Of a stretch of 30,898 bases of DNA, positions 18,241 through 25,325 are shown one piece after another. How positions within the stretch are numbered: position 1 is the first letter of the stretch; every line of letters begins with the position of its first letter. Source of the stretch: a virus (lineage: Duplodnaviria; Caudoviricetes); IMG/VR virus record IMGVR_UViG_3300032234_000816, positions 1 to 30,898 of that record. One strand, 5' to 3'. The notes under the pieces are model-generated. The model ran no database searches. It was not told where the DNA came from and saw only the letters and a list, made by a program, of their open reading frames with translations. The position numbers and the translations under genes were made by a program.

Positions 18241-18963
18241 TCACTTTTTCGTGGCTGAGAATACAATGTCGCTCTTTGAGTATACACACAATGAGCAAGA
18301 TACGCAAGCGGAGCCCTGTTGAGAGATAAGGGGAATAGCCTTCTTGTTCTCAGGGCACTTAGCACCAGGGCGCCCAATCATCTCTTTCATGTCTGCCTGC
18401 CCTACGGCAAAATTCTTAGCAAGATATGCAAGCTTTACGCCATGATCTTTTTTCAGGGTAAGGCCAATAGACTTATTCTCGCTATCTGTAGAATAGTATA
18501 AAGATAGATTAGCAATATCCTTAAGAATAAGCGCTGCAGAGTTAACACGTGTATATACCCAGAATTGAATATCTGGCTGTTCTTCAATAACTAGTCGCCA
18601 TGCCTGTGCATAGTCATCGCTAAAGAAATCTCCGTCCCAGTGGATACGAAATAGCATAGGTGCCTCACGCTTTACGCATTCTGATTTGAACTCTGCTACC
18701 ATTTCTGAAAGTAGAGTATACATACCCTGCAGATCTTCATCCTTGAGCAATGCCCAGTTGTGCAATAGATTTTTCTTTACACTAGGAAATACCTTTTCTA
18801 ACTTTCCTGCATAGCATACACTTTCACACACACTAGTAGCGCCAGGGCATGAGTAAGCTTTTCCTGCGGGAAGACCAAAGGTATTAGCCATGCTAGCCTG
18901 CTTACCATTAGGGGTAACAATATTTGCTACTTTACGATCTTTACTTCTAATTAACTTAGTCAT
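18241..18963 (-). CDS. GP88-family Cys-rich protein (possible Fe-S)
   Basis: FGLPAG, CPGAT..C...CYA, FRIHWDGDFFS, FWVYTR and CP...C..C..C. Confidence 0.75.
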   Translation of the reverse strand: MTKLIRSKDRKVANIVTPNGKQASMANTFGLPAGKAYSCPGATSVCESVCYAGKLEKVFPSVKKNLLHNWALLKDEDLQGMYTLLSEMVAEFKSECVKREAPMLFRIHWDGDFFSDDYAQAWRLVIEEQPDIQFWVYTRVNSAALILKDIANLSLYYSTDSENKSIGLTLKKDHGVKLAYLAKNFAVGQADMKEMIGRPGAKCPENKKAIPLISQQGSACVSCSLCVYSKSDIVFSATKK

Positions 18964-19114
18964 TAAGGGGGCCTCTTTCTTTCTTTAATTGTAACATGTA
19001 GGACTGACATTTCTTTCTGTCATATTTCTTTTTATTTGGAATAGCGGAGGCAGCATTAGATCTACGTAACTCCATAAGGATACGTAACTCTTCAGGGGTC
19101 TTTTTCTGGCTCAT
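18956..19114 (-). CDS. Small basic protein, 52 aa (not in ORF track)
   Basis: MSQKKTPEELRILMELRRSNAASAIPNKKKYDRK; leaderless after TTGATA-17-TAAGAT (19121-19149). Confidence 0.7.
   Translation of the reverse strand: MSQKKTPEELRILMELRRSNAASAIPNKKKYDRKKCQSYMLQLKKERGPLND
18988..19009 (-). promoter_or_regulatory. PafBC/RecA-NDp-type promoter (inside CDS)
   Basis: TGTCAG-N10-TACAAT upstream of the GP88-like gene. Confidence 0.75.
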
Positions 19115-19159
19115 ATAATAATCTTAGCAGATATGGGGAAAAATATCAAATCTCTTAAT

Positions 19160-19175
19160 TGTGAGGTAGATCACA
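19160..19175. promoter_or_regulatory. CRP-family box
   Basis: TGTGA-GGTAGA-TCACA centred 53.5 bp upstream of the leaderless ATG at 19114. Confidence 0.75.
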
Positions 19176-19196
19176 TGGGCCTCGGGCCCCAGACTT

Positions 19197-19430
19197 TTAG
19201 TCTAAGTAAACGTACCAGTCAACTTCTTCATCAAATGCAAAGTCAACTGTTGTTGTTTCACCAAAGTCGTTGCTAACTTCAATACTGTACACGTCACCAG
19301 TAGAATCAACGTCAATAGAAATTACTTCAACGATATCATCGTCAAAAGAAATAAGATCACCAATCTCTAATGCATCTGCAGTTAGTACGTCAGCTTTTAT
19401 GAGTTCCATAACTTTTATTGTATCACTCAT
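19197..19430 (-). CDS. Small acidic beta-barrel-like protein
   Basis: MSDTIK start with GAGGAGG RBS; ADALEIGDLI motif. Confidence 0.75.
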   Translation of the reverse strand: MSDTIKVMELIKADVLTADALEIGDLISFDDDIVEVISIDVDSTGDVYSIEVSNDFGETTTVDFAFDEEVDWYVYLD

Positions 19431-19431
19431 T

Positions 19432-19716
19432 TTAGTATTCCTCCTCTGGCAGCCAAAAGTGTAGGTGGTGTTGCTGAATAATTGCTCTTGCAGGTGCCTG
19501 TGTTGAGCCACGATAGGTAATCTGAAAGTCACCAACCATAGGCATATCAATCATGCGATCATAGTCCTCTTCATAGTAAGCGTCAATAGCCTCAATACAT
19601 GGTGCGACCATTTCTGCAGGTACTGGAGGATAGTGATTACCCTTTAGGTGATAAAGAATCTGTGTTTCCAAATCCAATACTGTATCCTGGATACCTAACG
19701 CTGTTACTGATCCCAT
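19432..19716 (-). CDS. Hypothetical phage protein
   Basis: HL.GNHYPPVP motif; coupled to upstream 45 aa ORF 19716-19853. Confidence 0.75.
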   Translation of the reverse strand: MGSVTALGIQDTVLDLETQILYHLKGNHYPPVPAEMVAPCIEAIDAYYEEDYDRMIDMPMVGDFQITYRGSTQAPARAIIQQHHLHFWLPEEEY

Positions 19717-19852
19717 TACTTATTTCCCCAATCTTCCATTACTCCGTCAATAGCATCCTGTATATCTGCATTAAGCAAATCTATTTCATCTTCCGTTAAG
19801 TCTGCAATAAAACTTCTTGTAGGGTTATGCTCCCAGAGAATTAAGCCTTCCA

Positions 19853-20062
19853 TTATTTTACACTTACCTTTCCGTCACGAAAAAATACCTTGGTGTACAT
19901 TTTACCCATAGGGTCTGACATATTGTAGGTTGCATAGTCTTTAGCATCGCCAAAGTCTACACACTTATTCCATGCATTTACAACTTCTAGCATATTTGCA
20001 CTTCGCAGGGTATTGACAAGGTTGCCGTCATATGAAGTGGTGAGTGAGTAGTTATATTCCAT
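19853..20062 (-). CDS. Hypothetical protein
   Basis: 69 aa ORF in a coupled operon. Confidence 0.7.
   Translation of the reverse strand: MEYNYSLTTSYDGNLVNTLRSANMLEVVNAWNKCVDFGDAKDYATYNMSDPMGKMYTKVFFRDGKVSVK
19899..19920 (-). promoter_or_regulatory. PafBC/RecA-NDp-type promoter (inside CDS)
   Basis: TGTCAG-N10-TAAAAT upstream of ATG 19853. Confidence 0.7.
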
Positions 20063-20327
20063 TTATTCTGTCCAATCTAAAGTAAGTTCTGAGTCTAACA
20101 TCTCTGAGTAGTGAACGTCAATTCCACAACTCCAGCAATAGAATCCATCTATATGTATATTTTCATTACAAGCCACGCATAGGGCTTCAATCATATTACC
20201 CAAAGTATTCACCCATATTCTTTTCGTCTGCCCAATCACGATAGTGTGGGTCGCATAGTTCACTAGGCTTAATAGATATTGCTGAGATACTCATACGCTG
20301 AGCAAAACACACTTTACATTCGTTCAT
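20063..20327 (-). CDS. Two small Cys-rich ORFs (20196-20327 and 20063-20194)
   Basis: MNECKVC...LCDPHY with GAGG RBS; MIEALCVAC...YCWSCG. Confidence 0.6.
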
Positions 20328-20358
20328 AGGGGCTACCTCTTTCTGTTGATATATTTTA

Positions 20359-20487
20359 ATCCTACACTATGGGGCTGACAAGGGCAACTCTTAAAGTACT
20401 TTAATCTCAAAATATGAGAAAATTTAGGTGTGAGTAATATCACAACGTAAAGCCCTGTGGATAACCTGTGGATAAAGCCTCGGCCCC
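20359..20487 (-). promoter_or_regulatory. Regulatory module: PafBC-type promoter, CRP box, two DnaA boxes, GGGGCCGAGG
   Basis: TGTCAG-N10-TAGGAT 20359-20380; TGTGA-N6-TCACA 20429-20444; TGTGGATAA 20456-20464 and 20467-20475; motif 20478-20487. Confidence 0.8.
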
Positions 20488-20506
20488 AAAATTTAGTTGA
20501 AATTTC

Positions 20507-20534
20507 AAGCAGTTTTAAATCATGCTCAGGATTT
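20507..20534 (-). ncRNA. Small H-type pseudoknot repeat, copy 4
   Basis: AAATC-CT-GAGCA-T-GATTT-AAAAC-TGCTT. Confidence 0.7.
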
Positions 20535-20552
20535 CCCGTTAGCCATGGTTGA

Positions 20553-20684
20553 CTATTTTTTATTTAGTAAATCATTTTTCATTTCACGCAGATCAGCTTT
20601 TAAATCTTGCCACATTAAACTTAAGCAAGCAAGCACTCCAAGAAATAAAATTACTTGTACAACTGTTGTGATAATTCTGCTCAT
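20553..20684 (-). CDS. Small membrane protein, 43 aa (not in ORF track)
   Basis: MSRIITTVVQVILFLGVLACLSLMW; AAGGAG RBS. Confidence 0.7.
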   Translation of the reverse strand: MSRIITTVVQVILFLGVLACLSLMWQDLKADLREMKNDLLNKK

Positions 20685-20694
20685 TGTTTTCTCC

Positions 20695-20922
20695 TTATAG
20701 ATTCTTATTGTATCGTGTGCCAGATTGCATGAGTTCTAACTCTTGTGCTTCTGTCTTTGTGCAGGCTGCATAAAATTTATCAAATTTGAAATTTGGATTA
20801 TCAGCCTTGAACATGTCTGAAAATTCATCTATTAAATCTTCAAAAGTTACCGTTTCAATTTCATCTTTGAAAGTGTTTAGAATTTCTGCAATAACTACAT
20901 AGTCTTTTCTAGTCATTGGCAT
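20695..20922 (-). CDS. Hypothetical phage protein
   Basis: MTRKDY..IA...DNPNF..DKF..AC pattern; AGGTGG RBS. Confidence 0.75.
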   Translation of the reverse strand: MPMTRKDYVVIAEILNTFKDEIETVTFEDLIDEFSDMFKADNPNFKFDKFYAACTKTEAQELELMQSGTRYNKNL

Positions 20923-21128
20923 TATTCTGCCACCTTTAGCGTTGCATATGAATTGCCTTCATTGAGTGTGTCAAGCATTGGCTGAATTCGTGGAGCAAGC
21001 AATTCTTTTAGCATTGACTCAAGCATAGTAACTTGGTCAATTGTTGGCAGTGCAAGCAATTGCTGAGCGATTGGATGAGTTTCATCTAACTCAGTTACGA
21101 ATTGGAGAGAGTGGTAGATCTTTGTCAT
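20922..21128 (-). CDS. Hypothetical protein
   Basis: MTKIYHSL start coupled to the upstream stop (TAATG). Confidence 0.7.
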   Translation of the reverse strand: MTKIYHSLQFVTELDETHPIAQQLLALPTIDQVTMLESMLKELLAPRIQPMLDTLNEGNSYATLKVAE

Positions 21129-21310
21129 TATAGTGTAGCCTTTCCTCTTAGTGTTCCAGTAATTCCTAAAGTGTCGCAAGCGACTTTGACTGATACGCCA
21201 ACTGGTAAAGTGTTGGGGTATTCATTGACGAATTGTGCAACTGCACCTTTTGACGGTAGAGAGATTGTTTTAACTTCTCCGCTGAAAGTTTCTAGTTTGA
21301 TCTTGTACAT
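21128..21310 (-). CDS. Small protein, paralogue of 23574-23753
   Basis: MYKIKLETFSG...VKVACDTLGITG.L.G; AGGTG RBS. Confidence 0.75.
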   Translation of the reverse strand: MYKIKLETFSGEVKTISLPSKGAVAQFVNEYPNTLPVGVSVKVACDTLGITGTLRGKATL

Positions 21311-21311
21311 A

Positions 21312-21515
21312 TTATGCACCTACCTTTACTGCAACGGTACGAAACGAATTAGTGAATCCAGTAGCAGGCTTAACCTCTACAAGATAAGACTCACAACCCT
21401 CATACCATACGGCTTTTGGGTGTGGCTCTGCACTTACGATTTTACCCTTAAGCGTTGCAGAATTGTATTCTGTTCCCACTAGTAGGGTCTGGACATTGTA
21501 TACATTGGCTGACAT
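21312..21515 (-). CDS. Small beta-rich hypothetical protein
   Basis: AAGGTGG RBS; first gene after a promoter. Confidence 0.75.
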   Translation of the reverse strand: MSANVYNVQTLLVGTEYNSATLKGKIVSAEPHPKAVWYEGCESYLVEVKPATGFTNSFRTVAVKVGA

Positions 21516-21549
21516 ATTGCCACCTTCTTTTCTTTTTGGTTATATATTT

Positions 21550-21625
21550 ATTTTAGCAGATTGGACTGACATTAGCCAATCCAAATTTGGACATTTAGGA
21601 CATTCTAAGTGTGACCTTGGTCACT
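21550..21625 (-). promoter_or_regulatory. Regulatory module: PafBC-type promoter, GGACATT direct repeat, CRP-like box
   Basis: TGTCAG-N10-TAAAAT 21550-21571; GGACATT at 21589 and 21598; TGTGA-N6-TCACT 21610-21625. Confidence 0.78.
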
Positions 21626-21801
21626 TACTTAGTTAAGTACCAATCAGTCCACATTGGCAGACGCTCAGGATCATGATCGCCATAATAGCGAGAGATATTG
21701 TTTTCACATTCCATGCAGAATGTAAATTGCTCATCTCCAACTTCTGAGATAGCAGGGACGAATGGCTTATGCTCTTGGCATATTGTGTTTAGTGAGTTCA
21801 T
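21625..21801 (-). CDS. Small Cys-containing protein, 58 aa (not in ORF track)
   Basis: MNSLNTICQEH...FCMECE; only gene behind the 21856 promoter. Confidence 0.65.
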   Translation of the reverse strand: MNSLNTICQEHKPFVPAISEVGDEQFTFCMECENNISRYYGDHDPERLPMWTDWYLTK

Positions 21802-21855
21802 GAGAACTACTTTCTTTGCGGATTTCTTTACCGCTTGTTTTTCTTTATACCTAGA

Positions 21856-22047
21856 ATTATAGCAGGGGGGTCTGACATTGACTCATATTATGTCAAGTAG
21901 ATTATCACCATAAACTAGGGCAAAACGGACATTTGGGAAATGTGAAGTGCGTCACATATATGACTGGTCCTAGGTTGGGGGGTCTAAGACTGGTCATCTT
22001 AACCCTGTGGATAAGCCTGTGTATACTTTAAGTCTAAAGGCCCGAGG
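21856..22047 (-). promoter_or_regulatory. Regulatory module: PafBC-type promoter, GGACATTT, CRP box, DnaA box(es), GGCCCGAGG
   Basis: TGTCAG-N10-TATAAT 21856-21877; TGTGA-N6-TCACA 21941-21956; TGTGGATAA 22006-22014; TGTGTATAC 22018-22026; motif 22039-22047. Confidence 0.8.
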
Positions 22048-22064
22048 TTTTTTAGACCTTTAGT

Positions 22065-22631
22065 TTATTTTATTTTGTCTAGAATTTTTTCTAATTCTTT
22101 TAGTTGTTCTAGATTAAGGTGATCTAGTTGAATAGCTTTTTCAAATTCAAAAACATCTTTCATTGTTCTAACATCTCACTTTCTTTTTCATTTAGCATTT
22201 CAAGAATTATTGTTAAGTCTTTCTCAGAAAGAAAAGTTCTAGCAGCACCCCATAGAAAAGTTCTAGAGTGTTCACCATATTGCTTTTCAGCAAGGGCATT
22301 AATTGTTTTGATCATTTCATATTTTTTATCCATTACTTTACCTCCTTATATAGGTAGTCCCACGCCTGACGGCAGATTAAAATTGAATTGCAATTGTCGC
22401 AACAAATAGCCCCTTCAGGGTTAAAGTTTACGTCAAACGCATCTACATAGAAAGTGTTTTTTCCGCATACGGAATTAAGTGCATAAATAGCGCTCATTAG
22501 TTGTCCTCATTTTCTTTTTGAGAATGGATAAGTTCATTTTGCTTTTTAGCATTTGCAAGAATTGCCATAGCGTCAATGCGTGAGAATGCACGCTTATCAT
22601 TTACGAATTTTTGGTATTCTTTCATGTTCAT
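22065..22631 (-). CDS. Four translationally coupled small ORFs (22497-22631, 22333-22497, 22160-22333, 22065-22163)
   Basis: Each start overlaps the previous stop (TAATG/ATGA) with purine-rich RBS-like leaders. Confidence 0.65.
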
Positions 22632-22813
22632 TAGTTTACCTCCTTGATTGAAGTTTCAAGAACAACCCAACCATCTGAAACTTTTTCTTCAAGATAGTCG
22701 TTAATTTCTTTTTCTGATAGGAAAAGTCCACCTAGGTTAGTAGATGAATAATTATATTTAGGAAATTCTCCAGACCAACGGAGATTGTACATTTTATTAT
22801 TTAGTGAATTCAT
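22631..22813 (-). CDS. Hypothetical protein, first gene of the leftward arm
   Basis: 60 aa ORF with AAAGGA RBS. Confidence 0.7.
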   Translation of the reverse strand: MNSLNNKMYNLRWSGEFPKYNYSSTNLGGLFLSEKEINDYLEEKVSDGWVVLETSIKEVN

Positions 22814-22866
22814 TTGAATTCCTTTCTTTAAGAGGCTTACTTCTTTTTCAACCTTCTATACCTAGA

Positions 22867-23092
22867 AGTGTAACACAGGGGTCTGACATCTACTAGCCAG
22901 TAATCATACCAAAACGGACATTTTGATTTGTGACCTACGTCATGTGGATAACTTGAGCGTAAAATGGGATGTGACGTACATCACGTGGATAAGCCTGTGG
23001 ATAACTTTTGGGGCCCGAGGTTTTTGTGTGGTGTAGATCACATGCGACACGCCGTGTTTGGACTTGACTTTTTGGGTTTTGTGTGCTAGTAT
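22867..23092. promoter_or_regulatory. Divergent control region
   Basis: Leftward TGTCAG-N10-TACACT 22867-22888; CRP-like boxes 22929, 22970, 23027; DnaA boxes 22943, 22984, 22996; GGGGCCCGAGG 23010; GACAC 23046; rightward TTGACT-17-TAGTAT 23064-23092. Confidence 0.8.
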
Positions 23093-23147
23093 TCTACTAT
23101 ACAAAATTAAATAAGATTAAATAACTACTAAAGAAAGGTGGTCTCAA

Positions 23148-23345
23148 ATGACTACACTATATAACTCAATCAAGATAGGTGACACAATCACCATGTCTAA
23201 CTATTCTAACCTTGTTAAGTCAGGTATCGTTTCATCTATTAAGAAATGGAACGGATCTGCAATGCAGGTCACTTGCACCAATGGTGCGGTATTCCAATTA
23301 AATCGTTATACCTCAGACTTCTCACTATCAAGCGAGGTTAAATAA
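23148..23345 (+). CDS. Small SH3-like hypothetical protein
   Basis: AAAGGTGG RBS; IKIGD.I...GIV..I; followed by small ORFs 23347-23472 and 23469-23573. Confidence 0.75.
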   Translation: MTTLYNSIKIGDTITMSNYSNLVKSGIVSSIKKWNGSAMQVTCTNGAVFQLNRYTSDFSLSSEVK

Positions 23346-23573
23346 CATGCTAAATAGAATTATCTCAGAGATAGAATATATCTTTACAGAAGAGTTAGAG
23401 GGCTTGCTAACCGCCCTATGCTTGATCATCTTGCCAGTAGGCCTACTATTGCTAGTAGGTGCTACTCAATGAATCTATACCTATGCGACTCATGCAATAC
23501 GCTTGCAACCGTTATCCGTCAGGGTAACACAATAACAATATCACCATGTCTATGCACTACTAAAGGAAATTAA

Positions 23574-23753
23574 ATGAAAGTAACTATCACATCTATGTCA
23601 GGTAACACTCGCAACATTAACCTCATGACTAAGCAAGAGGTCTATGACTTTATAGAATTGTTTGGATCAACACTACTACCTAACCAGCGTGTAAAAATTA
23701 CATGCGACATCTTGTCAATAGATGGATACCTGCAAGGGGTACCCACTAGGTAG
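23574..23753 (+). CDS. Small protein, 59 aa, paralogue of 21128-21310 (not in ORF track)
   Basis: MKVTITSMSG...VKITCDILSIDGYLQG; AAGGA RBS. Confidence 0.8.
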   Translation: MKVTITSMSGNTRNINLMTKQEVYDFIELFGSTLLPNQRVKITCDILSIDGYLQGVPTR

Positions 23754-23774
23754 GTACTACCCACATGGTAGGGG

Positions 23775-23830
23775 GTGGCACTACTATCTCAAAACAAATA
23801 GGATAGTGGGTGCCACTAGTATTTATTTTA
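23775..23830 (+). terminator. Long hairpin closing the rightward early operon
   Basis: GTGGCACTACTATC...GATAGTGGGTGCCAC followed by an AT/T-rich tract. Confidence 0.55.
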
Positions 23831-23972
23831 TTGCTGGCACTACTGCAGTGTGCTCACTATTGTTTTTATATTTATTTTCTCATTATATGCATCATACACA
23901 TTTAAAAAATATTCAGATTTTTGCCATTTTGGTTTTTACAAAATTTTTCAGATTTCGTGTATAATAGAAATC

Positions 23973-24155
23973 ATGGGTATATTAGACAACTTTGAAAACT
24001 GGCTTGAGGTAGATGAGCAAGCATGGGCAAACCTCTCAACAAAAACTTTTTCAGAAACGGTATGTAAGGATTGCGAAGCTAAGACCGAATCAACTCCTAT
24101 TGTAGAAACAGACAATATGGGTAGAGACATTCTCTGGCAGGACAAAGAATTTTAA
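23973..24155 (+). CDS. Hypothetical protein
   Basis: MGILDNFENW start 8 nt after TATAAT; longer start in the ORF track is unlikely. Confidence 0.6.
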   Translation: MGILDNFENWLEVDEQAWANLSTKTFSETVCKDCEAKTESTPIVETDNMGRDILWQDKEF

Positions 24156-24754
24156 GGAGCTTCAAACCGTGAGTACCACTTATAGGTACCATAAGGGATA
24201 ACTGTAGAGTCAACCCACCAGTCTTCATGTGGTAATCTACAAACTAGCGAGTATCCAAGATTATTAAGGATCTCTCTTTGTGCATCACGTAAGCTCGCAT
24301 TCTTATAATGAATAAGATATTCGTGCTCAAATGAAATAACACTAAATCTATATTGTGACAATGGCAATGCAATCAATCCATTTAGTGGCTGACCAATTGG
24401 TGCTCTAGGACGACCACCTTGATCCATAGGACTTTCAATATCAATTTGAAGATAGTCTATCTGCTTTGGAAAGTTATTTTCTTCAAAATACTTTAGGTAG
24501 TTAAATTTGGTCGCATCTTCAAGTAGGCATGGATTCTTTCTTACACTATTGTAACTGTCTGCAAGCTCTTGATCAAGATCAAAGCCTATGCCTTTCCAGT
24601 CATACTCTGTTTCCATCTTATATGTAGTGTTGTTGATAATTGGATCTGCTGACCCCATCTCTACATAGTATCCATTTTTCTTGTATCCTAGAATGTCAAG
24701 TGCAAATGCATCTGATGAATGAATAAAGTCTCTTTTATCTATAAATTGTTCCAT
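24152..24754 (-). CDS. FkbM-like methyltransferase
   Basis: YYVEMGSADP..NNT, WKGI, IDYLQIDIE, ISFEH and EDWWV. Confidence 0.8.
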   Translation of the reverse strand: MEQFIDKRDFIHSSDAFALDILGYKKNGYYVEMGSADPIINNTTYKMETEYDWKGIGFDLDQELADSYNSVRKNPCLLEDATKFNYLKYFEENNFPKQIDYLQIDIESPMDQGGRPRAPIGQPLNGLIALPLSQYRFSVISFEHEYLIHYKNASLRDAQREILNNLGYSLVCRLPHEDWWVDSTVIPYGTYKWYSRFEAP

Positions 24755-25325
24755 CTGTCTCTTCCACTTCTCTAAATAAATCTTGGTTTAGTATTACTGG
24801 GCTTTCTTTTGAACCTTGAACAAAGCATGTAGAAAAATATCTTTCATCATTGCTAGTAACTGGAAGATTTGAATGAAGTATGTTTCCACCATGCATAACT
24901 AAAGATCTTGCCTTTGGCTTATGGACTATATTCAACTCAGGGTATTCAAGCTCTCCACCTTCGTATTCATCGTTATAATAAATACATATTCCAAAACGAA
25001 TATGATATGGTTCTTCATAGAGCCAGTAGTCTCTGTGAGTTTGCATCTTTGCTTCTTTTTTATATCTTTGAAGTGCAACGTTACCAACATAAAGCAAATT
25101 CTCAAAAAGGTCTTTAACCTTCTTATCTATTTCATTAAAGACTAAAGGTCTTTCTCCGTTATATTGTTTGCCATAGAAAAATCCATTTTTATAATCTTCA
25201 GAGATGGATATCCACCAATCTTCTTCTTTTAATGATTTTGCAAACTCTAGAACCTGCTGCTGTTCTTCTTCGGTAATAAAGTCTTCAACTTCATAAATGT
25301 CAGGGGATATCTTATTGACTTTCAT
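24735..25325 (-). CDS. 2OG-Fe(II) oxygenase (prolyl-4-hydroxylase-like)
   Basis: HRD, YYND.YEGGEL, distal H and RY motifs. Confidence 0.85.
   Translation of the reverse strand: MKVNKISPDIYEVEDFITEEEQQQVLEFAKSLKEEDWWISISEDYKNGFFYGKQYNGERPLVFNEIDKKVKDLFENLLYVGNVALQRYKKEAKMQTHRDYWLYEEPYHIRFGICIYYNDEYEGGELEYPELNIVHKPKARSLVMHGGNILHSNLPVTSNDERYFSTCFVQGSKESPVILNQDLFREVEETDGTIYR

Noticed and set aside
21493-21514. TGTCAG at the start of the MSANVY gene as a tenth PafBC-type promoter
   Set aside because: The hexamer at N10 spacing is CAATGT, not TANNNT
21660-21680. Fifth sense-strand pseudoknot copy (ATCCTGAGCGT)
   Set aside because: Lies within an ORF and lacks stem 1 partner and the AAAC-TGCTC tail
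20456-23004. Bacterial oriC or chromosomal origin for the window
   Set aside because: No dnaA/dnaN or housekeeping genes; boxes are dispersed among phage-type genes
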